Assembly (NCBI GenBank): GCA_964495965.1
Contig: CAZBXX010000001.1
Coordinates: forward strand, 1 to 57,108
DNA from: an uncultured Oscillospiraceae bacterium
GTDB lineage: Bacteria > Bacillota > Clostridia > Oscillospirales > Oscillospiraceae
DNA: 57,108 nucleotides
Direction of reading: 5' to 3'
A program made the position numbers and the translations under genes. Position 1 is the first letter of the stretch, and every line of letters begins with the position of its first letter. Below, one piece after another: positions 52,416-57,108 of this stretch. Under the pieces are notes generated by a model, which did not search any database, was not told the origin of the DNA, and saw only the letters and a list, made by a program, of their open reading frames with translations.

Positions 52416-52936
52416 TTCCGCTGCTCCCACGAATCCAGCAGGCTCTGAACTTTCCCGGGGTCTTCCGTCTCGATTCCCAGCTCCTTCGCGTCCTGCACCA
52501 GTCCGTCAATGAATCTTGACATCTGCGCCGTGTCATAGTCCGAGGATCCGTATATCACAATCAGGTTCACAAAGCCCTGCCGGTTCGACGGGAACTGCTG
52601 CACCTGCCGTCCGAGATGGTCCCCCACCCACGACCGGGTGAACTGGTCCACGGCCTCTTCCGCGATGCACACGATGGATTCCGTCACCCCGCCCGTGTTC
52701 AGGATTGCGTTCCGGTACACGTCCACCGGCGGCATCCGGAGCTTCGCCGCAATCTGGTGGATCAGCGCCCAGGCGTAGGCGTTGGCGTCCCGGCTGCGTT
52801 TCTTCTTCTCCTTGAACGGCAGGATCTCAAACACGCCCCGTACAAAGGCATATGCAAACTTCAGCCCTTCTCCCGGGTCACAGGCCAGATGCAGCGCTCC
52901 GCCGGAATAGCTGGCCCGCTCTATCGTGAGCTTCAT
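52412..52936 (-). CDS. NinB/Orf-like recombination mediator
   Basis: Start at ATG 52936 (ATGA overlap). 'KKKRSRDANAYAWALIHQIAAKL' and 'IVIYGSSDYDTAQMSRFIDGLVQDAKELGIET' parallel lambda NinB 'RNRSLDQNRKLWACLGDVSRQV' and 'VVIGQSTSRMRVGEFAELLELIQAFGTERGV', recalled from memory. Confidence 0.5.
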   Translation of the reverse strand: MKLTIERASYSGGALHLACDPGEGLKFAYAFVRGVFEILPFKEKKKRSRDANAYAWALIHQIAAKLRMPPVDVYRNAILNTGGVTESIVCIAEEAVDQFTRSWVGDHLGRQVQQFPSNRQGFVNLIVIYGSSDYDTAQMSRFIDGLVQDAKELGIETEDPGKVQSLLDSWEQRK

Positions 52937-53679
52937 GCCGGTACCCGCTGCAGCTCTTTCTTCCCGCACGCGAGGCAAAGCTGCTTCCCGTCAAAAGCCG
53001 CAATGCTTCTCTTCGCCACTTCCTGCGGACTCAGGATCGTCCCGTCCGCCTGCCTGTGCGCGGAAATCGGCATCCCGCACAGATCGCAGACCGGCAGCCC
53101 GTCCGGGCTCTCTCCCGGTCCCGGATAGATGTCCGGCGGCGGCGGTGCCTGCCGTGCGGCCTGCGGCGCCTTCTTTTGGGCCCGTGGCGCTTCCTGCTGC
53201 GGGGCGGGCGCCTGCACCTGCTGCGGCGCTGCCTGCTTCTGTGGCGGCTTTGGCGCGCTCTCAGGCGGCGTCTCGGCGTCTGGGTCCGTCATCTCTTCCG
53301 TGGGGATACAGAACACCTGGAACATCGCATACTTCATCGCGATGGCCATCGCCTTGTTGCTGGCCTTGTCCCCGCTGTCCATGCCTTCCCCGATCACGGT
53401 GGCGCTCACGCTGGTGCCGTCCTCGGCATAAAAGGTGTAGCGGATCTTCAGCACGGAGTAAATCAGGTTCTTACCGCTGCTGCTGCTTACCCGCTCTTCC
53501 CGCCTGGCTTCCAGCACTTCCGGCACCACAAACACACCGGCTTCCGCCATCATCGGCGAGAACGTGTTCATCACATCGTCAATGCCGCGGTACTTGAATC
53601 TCTGCTGCTGGTTTTCCTTGTCCTTCCCGACAAAGGCGCCCTTCTTCATAATGCTGCTGATCGCTTCGTAAATGTTCAT
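52933..53679 (-). CDS. ERF-family single-strand annealing protein with C-terminal zinc ribbon
   Basis: 'QQRFKYRGIDDVMNTFSPMMAEAGV' and 'SGDKASNKAMAIAMKYAMFQVFCIPT' are ERF-like. The C-terminus has 'CDLCG...CLACG'. The start is taken at the ATGA-coupled ATG 53679; the track uses GTG 53688. Confidence 0.7.
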   Translation of the reverse strand: MNIYEAISSIMKKGAFVGKDKENQQQRFKYRGIDDVMNTFSPMMAEAGVFVVPEVLEARREERVSSSSGKNLIYSVLKIRYTFYAEDGTSVSATVIGEGMDSGDKASNKAMAIAMKYAMFQVFCIPTEEMTDPDAETPPESAPKPPQKQAAPQQVQAPAPQQEAPRAQKKAPQAARQAPPPPDIYPGPGESPDGLPVCDLCGMPISAHRQADGTILSPQEVAKRSIAAFDGKQLCLACGKKELQRVPA

Positions 53680-54371
53680 CCTTTCCACCCCAGTTCTTTC
53701 TTCAGAAAATACACATTCAGCAAACTCTTGAATATTTCATAGTAGCGCTCCGTATTCGGTACGCTCCGGTCTTCAAAGCCCTCGTCCTCACTCCGGCCGA
53801 TTCTCAGGATTCTGCACTCTTCCACAGGCAGCCCGGCCTTCTTCAGCAGTTCCGCATAGGCCGCCACCTGCACAAAGTATTCGTTGTAGATCCCGCTCCC
53901 GGTCTTAAAGTCCAGCAGCGTCCCCTTGCCGTCCAGCATGCAATAGCAGTCCACCGTGCCGCCGTATCCCACCATCTTCATCTCCCCGTCCGGTGCGAGA
54001 AACGGAATATCGTCACAGACGTATTTGGTTTCACAGGCGATCGGGATGATGTCGTGCTGCTTCTTCCACTCCAGAAAACTCAGCACGGAGTTCTCCGCCT
54101 GATCAATCTGCGCCGCGCTGAACGTGGTCCGGTCCAGCTCTTCCTTTGTCAGGTGCTCCAGCACCATCGCGTGGGCCAGCGTTCCGATGGCTGCCGCCTC
54201 GTCCGTATACTTGCTGCTGTCGATTCCCTCAAGGCCCAGCCTGTTCGCCCAGCGTACCAGCTGCGGCTTGTTCAGCAGCCCGGTCACGGTGGTGGCGCCC
54301 GGCACCAGCATTCCCGCTGCGGTCTTGTATCTGGTGTGTGCTTTCGATACACTCTTCAGTCTGTCTGCCAT
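53676..54371 (-). CDS. PD-(D/E)XK exonuclease (YqaJ/Cas4-like recombination exonuclease)
   Basis: 231-aa ORF with 'GGTVDCYCML..GTLLDFKTG' (D...D-x-K core) and 'QVAAYAELL'. It is paired with the ERF annealase. Confidence 0.6.
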   Translation of the reverse strand: MADRLKSVSKAHTRYKTAAGMLVPGATTVTGLLNKPQLVRWANRLGLEGIDSSKYTDEAAAIGTLAHAMVLEHLTKEELDRTTFSAAQIDQAENSVLSFLEWKKQHDIIPIACETKYVCDDIPFLAPDGEMKMVGYGGTVDCYCMLDGKGTLLDFKTGSGIYNEYFVQVAAYAELLKKAGLPVEECRILRIGRSEDEGFEDRSVPNTERYYEIFKSLLNVYFLKKELGWKG

Positions 54372-54383
54372 TTCTGTTCTCCT

Positions 54384-54755
54384 TCAAAACGTTTCAATCA
54401 GTTCGCCGAAAGCCAGATCCTCAAAGGTGATCTGGTCGCTCTTCTCCGCAATCTCTTTCATCGCCCGCCGGAATGGCTTGATCCTTCTCAGGATGCTCAT
54501 CGCTCTCGCGCAGTCCTGCCGGTACTGCCGGGCGATCTCCGCATCCGTCTCCGCAATAAAGTACCCCCGACCGTCCTGCGAGTTGCATATCAGGTGGCCT
54601 TCATTCCGCAGCTCTTCAATCATCTGCCGCACCGTCCGGTCCGACATCCCCAAGTGCATCGCGATCCATGACCTGTCGTTCGCTAAGTCCTGCCCGTGCA
54701 TCAGGCAGCTCAGCACCCGTGCCCGCATCCCGGCACGCATTTCTTCATTTGACAT
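54384..54755 (-). CDS. winged-helix DNA-binding protein (early region)
   Basis: Start at ATG 54755 (AAAGGA RBS). 'WIAMHLGMSDRTVRQMIEELRNEGHLI' is HTH/wHTH-like. Confidence 0.5.
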   Translation of the reverse strand: MSNEEMRAGMRARVLSCLMHGQDLANDRSWIAMHLGMSDRTVRQMIEELRNEGHLICNSQDGRGYFIAETDAEIARQYRQDCARAMSILRRIKPFRRAMKEIAEKSDQITFEDLAFGELIETF

Positions 54756-54833
54756 TTCGTTCCTTTCTGGTACAATGACCATAGCACCTTATCCCAGCCG
54801 CTGACCCGTCTTGCCCACGGGGAAGCGGCGCTT

Positions 54834-55076
54834 TCATTTTGCCCGTCTCAGGGCGTCCGCCATTTCCTCAACCGGCACCCCCAGCGCATCGCAGAAGGCC
54901 AGCAGGTCCGCTGCGCTCCACTGCCCGGCGGCCTTTCCGATCTGATGCCGCACATTGTCCGGGCTCTTCCCGATTGCCTCGCCGATCTGTCTCGACGTCA
55001 TCTTCCGGGCCCTCTGGTAGTCCCTCAGCAGCGCCGCCACCGGGTTCGGCGGATTGCACCATGTCAGCTTCGGCAC
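54834..55076 (-). CDS. small HTH protein (early regulator)
   Basis: 80-aa ORF with a GTG start. 'MTSRQIGEAIGKSPDNVRHQIGK' is HTH-like. Confidence 0.5.
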   Translation of the reverse strand: MPKLTWCNPPNPVAALLRDYQRARKMTSRQIGEAIGKSPDNVRHQIGKAAGQWSAADLLAFCDALGVPVEEMADALRRAK

Positions 55077-55174
55077 GATTCTCTCCCCATCCGGGCAATC
55101 TCACGCTCCAGCTGTTCAATCAGTTCGATTCCGTATTTCATGTTCAGGTTCCTTTCACGTTGTTGAATAAAATT

Positions 55175-55384
55175 CTACATACCCGGGAAAAAAATTTGCT
55201 GCCGCTGTGCCACGCTCAACCGCATAATCTCGCTCAGTGACTGGGCTTCTGAAACCGTGAATTCAGCTTCCCCGTTCATCTTGCGCGTCAATGTCTGTAC
55301 GGTTAAGTTTAGACGCTCAGCGACAGCGTTCTTCTTGAGACCGCTCTGGTCAAATGCCTGGTTGATAGCCTTTGTGTCGATCAT
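55175..55384 (-). CDS. Cro-like HTH regulator
   Basis: Start at ATG 55384 (AAAGGAGA RBS). The 69-aa product has 'LKKNAVAERLNLTVQTLTRKMNG'. It is the first gene leftward of the divergent promoter region. Confidence 0.65.
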   Translation of the reverse strand: MIDTKAINQAFDQSGLKKNAVAERLNLTVQTLTRKMNGEAEFTVSEAQSLSEIMRLSVAQRQQIFFPGM

Positions 55385-55473
55385 CTCGCTTCTCCTTTCT
55401 TCAGGATTCCGCGGCGGGTCGGTTAGTCCGGGTCGGAACGGCCTACTGCGGGAATGCGTCTCCCGCCGCGGTA

Positions 55474-55585
55474 TGTAGAAAAACTTTCTACAACGAGAAT
55501 ATACCACAGGTATAATCGAAAGTCAACAGAAAGTTTATATTTTTTCTACAAATCTGTTGAAAGTTTTCCAACAACATGGTATATT
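55474..55585. promoter_or_regulatory. lysis/lysogeny switch: divergent extended -10 promoters with palindromic operators
   Basis: The leftward promoter has TTGACT (55521-55526 on the complement), a 17-nt spacer and TGgTATATT (-10 at 55498-55503 on the complement). The rightward promoter has TTGAAA (55557-55562), a 17-nt spacer and TGgTATATT (55580-55585). Operators are TGTAGAAA-AAC-TTTCTACA (55474-55492) and TGTTGAAA-GTT-TTCCAACA (55555-55573). Confidence 0.55.
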
Positions 55586-55619
55586 AGAATAAAGTACATG
55601 TGCAGGAAGGTGATGTATC

Positions 55620-56012
55620 GTGACCGTCGGCGAAAGAATTGCCGCCCGTCGGAAAGAACTGAATATGACACAGGAAGAGCTGGCAAAGAAGCTGGGATAC
55701 AAGTCCAGGTCCTCTATCAACAAGATCGAGCTGGAGTGGTCCAATGTTCCCCTCTCCAAACTGGAAAGAGTCGCAGCCGCGCTGGACTGCGAGGCGACTT
55801 ATCTGATGGGCTGGTCTGAATTGTCGGAGCCGGAAACCTCTTGGTATCTGACCTGTGAAGAGCAGGAGCTGCTGCGCTGCTGGCGTGAGGCCACGGATGA
55901 GCAGCGGGAGAACGTCGCCTTCATTCTTCGCGATTACGGCATGCCCCACCCGAAGCCCCGGTCAAAAGGGGACGGCAGCAGCTTATCAGCATCAGCTGGG
56001 GAGGGCACATAG
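55620..56012 (+). CDS. CI-like XRE-family repressor
   Basis: 130-aa ORF with a GTG start and an AGGAAGGTGA RBS. The HTH reads 'MTQEELAKKLGYKSRSSINKIELE'. It is divergent from the cro-like gene. Confidence 0.75.
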   Translation: MTVGERIAARRKELNMTQEELAKKLGYKSRSSINKIELEWSNVPLSKLERVAAALDCEATYLMGWSELSEPETSWYLTCEEQELLRCWREATDEQRENVAFILRDYGMPHPKPRSKGDGSSLSASAGEGT

Positions 56013-56013
56013 A

Positions 56014-56262
56014 ATGAAGAAGCCCTGGTGGTACTTCGCGCTGCCCGCCTTCCTCACAGGTGCAATCGTCGGGGGCCTCTTCGCCGCTTCCCTCGAGGGC
56101 CCCAGCGATAACATTGCCGGTGCGGTATCCTCGCTGAAAGAGGCGGAGTATCTGATTCACAACACGGAGGAGTACGGCGGCTATTTGAAGTTTGAAGATG
56201 TTTGCGACCGCATCTGGGACGATGTAAGAGATGCGCTCGCCTGGCTTGAAAAAGAGGAGTGA
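56014..56262 (+). CDS. small membrane protein of the lysogeny module (candidate superinfection-exclusion/moron)
   Basis: The ATG at 56014 starts 2 nt after the repressor stop. The N-terminal TM helix is 'WWYFALPAFLTGAIVGGLFAA'. The track's longer ORF overlaps the repressor. Confidence 0.5.
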   Translation: MKKPWWYFALPAFLTGAIVGGLFAASLEGPSDNIAGAVSSLKEAEYLIHNTEEYGGYLKFEDVCDRIWDDVRDALAWLEKEE

Positions 56263-56269
56263 TACCGCA

Positions 56270-56515
56270 ATGATCGTTGACAACACCTACGACTGGCTGG
56301 AAGAGGCCGTGATTAAAGACATGCAGCTCAGCTACAGGATGATCGCCCTGCCCACGGACCGCGAAAGGAAGAAGCTCGCAGCAGAGACCGTGCCGGAGAT
56401 CACCCGGCTGCTGCGCGGCTGGTACGATGAGCATAAGCACTGGCTGGACGACGGGCGTCAATTTGAACACAGGGACGATGCGCTCCGGCTCCTGAAGCGC
56501 TACAAGATCCTATGA
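56270..56515 (+). CDS. hypothetical lysogeny-module protein upstream of the integrase
   Basis: 81-aa ORF with an AAAGAGGAG RBS and an ATGA overlap with the integrase start. No HTH is obvious. Confidence 0.45.
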   Translation: MIVDNTYDWLEEAVIKDMQLSYRMIALPTDRERKKLAAETVPEITRLLRGWYDEHKHWLDDGRQFEHRDDALRLLKRYKIL

Positions 56516-57108
56516 AGTGCAAATACTGCGGCAGCACCATCCCGGATGCGTCCGTCTTCTGCATGATCTGCGGCGAGCGCGTCGCCAGGAAGAAGCGCGT
56601 GGAAAACCCGCCTGCCCGGTATCCGAAACCCCGGACCCTCTCCGACGGCACCCTGCTCGGCCAGCTCATGGTGGACGGCAGCAGGCAAACCGTCAAGGCA
56701 GCGACAGAGAAGGAATACCACGCGAAGATTGACGCCCTGCGCGCCGGTGTCATGGAGCTGAAGGACCACCCGGACCGGCGCCCGCTCAGGACGGTCCTGC
56801 GCTCCTACATCGACAAAAACGACGCGGTCCTCTCCCCCGCCACCATCCGCGGCTATGAAACTATCTATGATAACCGCTTCCGGTCCTATATGGATACTCC
56901 CGTCGGCAGCATCGACTATCAGGCCATGATAAACGAAGAGGCAAAGTCCGTCTCCCCGAAAACCGTCAAGAACGCGTGGGGTCTGGTCAGCGCCGCCTTC
57001 CGGGATGCCAAACTCCCGGTGCCGGATGTGAACCTGCCTGCGATCCCGGAGTCTGATGAGGACTTACTGTACCATGAACAGATTCAGACTTTACTGAAAG
57101 CAATCCAC
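56512..57108 (+). CDS. tyrosine site-specific integrase, N-terminal part (3' end outside window)
   Basis: My own translation gives the open frame to the window edge (199 codons). The N-terminal zinc ribbon reads 'CKYCGSTIPDASVFCMICG'. 'LSPATIRGYETIYDNRF...VSPKTVKNAWGLVSAAF' is typical of the integrase SAM-like/core-binding domain. The catalytic domain is not in the window. Confidence 0.7.
   Translation, partial: MKCKYCGSTIPDASVFCMICGERVARKKRVENPPARYPKPRTLSDGTLLGQLMVDGSRQTVKAATEKEYHAKIDALRAGVMELKDHPDRRPLRTVLRSYIDKNDAVLSPATIRGYETIYDNRFRSYMDTPVGSIDYQAMINEEAKSVSPKTVKNAWGLVSAAFRDAKLPVPDVNLPAIPESDEDLLYHEQIQTLLKAIH

Larger units (their letters stand above)
16846..57108. mobile_element. integrated temperate prophage; the left boundary is approximate and the right end lies beyond the window
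   Basis: Contiguous phage modules are present: holin/endolysin, tail fibre, virion proteins, capsid/scaffold/Prp/portal, TerL/TerS, SSB/ERF/exonuclease, cro/cI switch and integrase. It lies next to a tRNA gene. Confidence 0.85.

Overview
GC-rich, Firmicutes/Clostridia-like chromosomal segment; the taxon is inferred from gene content only. Host genes occupy 1-16.8 kb. The plus strand carries a redox/acyl-CoA cluster: an acyl-CoA ligase fragment, a crotonase, a CrtI-like flavoprotein, an FNR-like 2Fe-2S flavoprotein, an 893-aa Fe-S/GltD-like flavoprotein, a HypA-like protein and DJ-1/PfpI. The minus strand carries an Isf-like flavoprotein, an HpcH/HpaI aldolase, an orphan OmpR-type response regulator and an apparent operon mnmG - VWA protein - MoxR-like AAA ATPase - rhodanese. 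tRNA-Leu(CAG) follows at 16715-16802. A temperate prophage of more than 40 kb runs from about 16.9 kb to the right edge. Its lysis, tail fibre, virion, packaging and recombination/replication genes are tightly packed on the minus strand. A cI/cro-type switch and a plus-strand lysogeny module (repressor, two small ORFs, tyrosine integrase cut by the window end) sit at the right. The standout feature is one uninterrupted 13.3-kb ORF (21663-35003, 4,446 aa) inside the virion module. No tail tube, sheath or tape-measure gene is recognisable, so I interpret this ORF as a virion-delivered, multi-module ('polyvalent'-type) protein of largely unknown function. Other notable items: a phage-encoded Prp-type protease with matching QLF|A motifs in scaffold and capsid; a hairpin motif shared by two late-operon junctions; candidate ori iterons and a candidate pac repeat; and a well-defined divergent promoter/operator switch. 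All functional calls rest on motifs read by eye and on gene order; no database search was possible.
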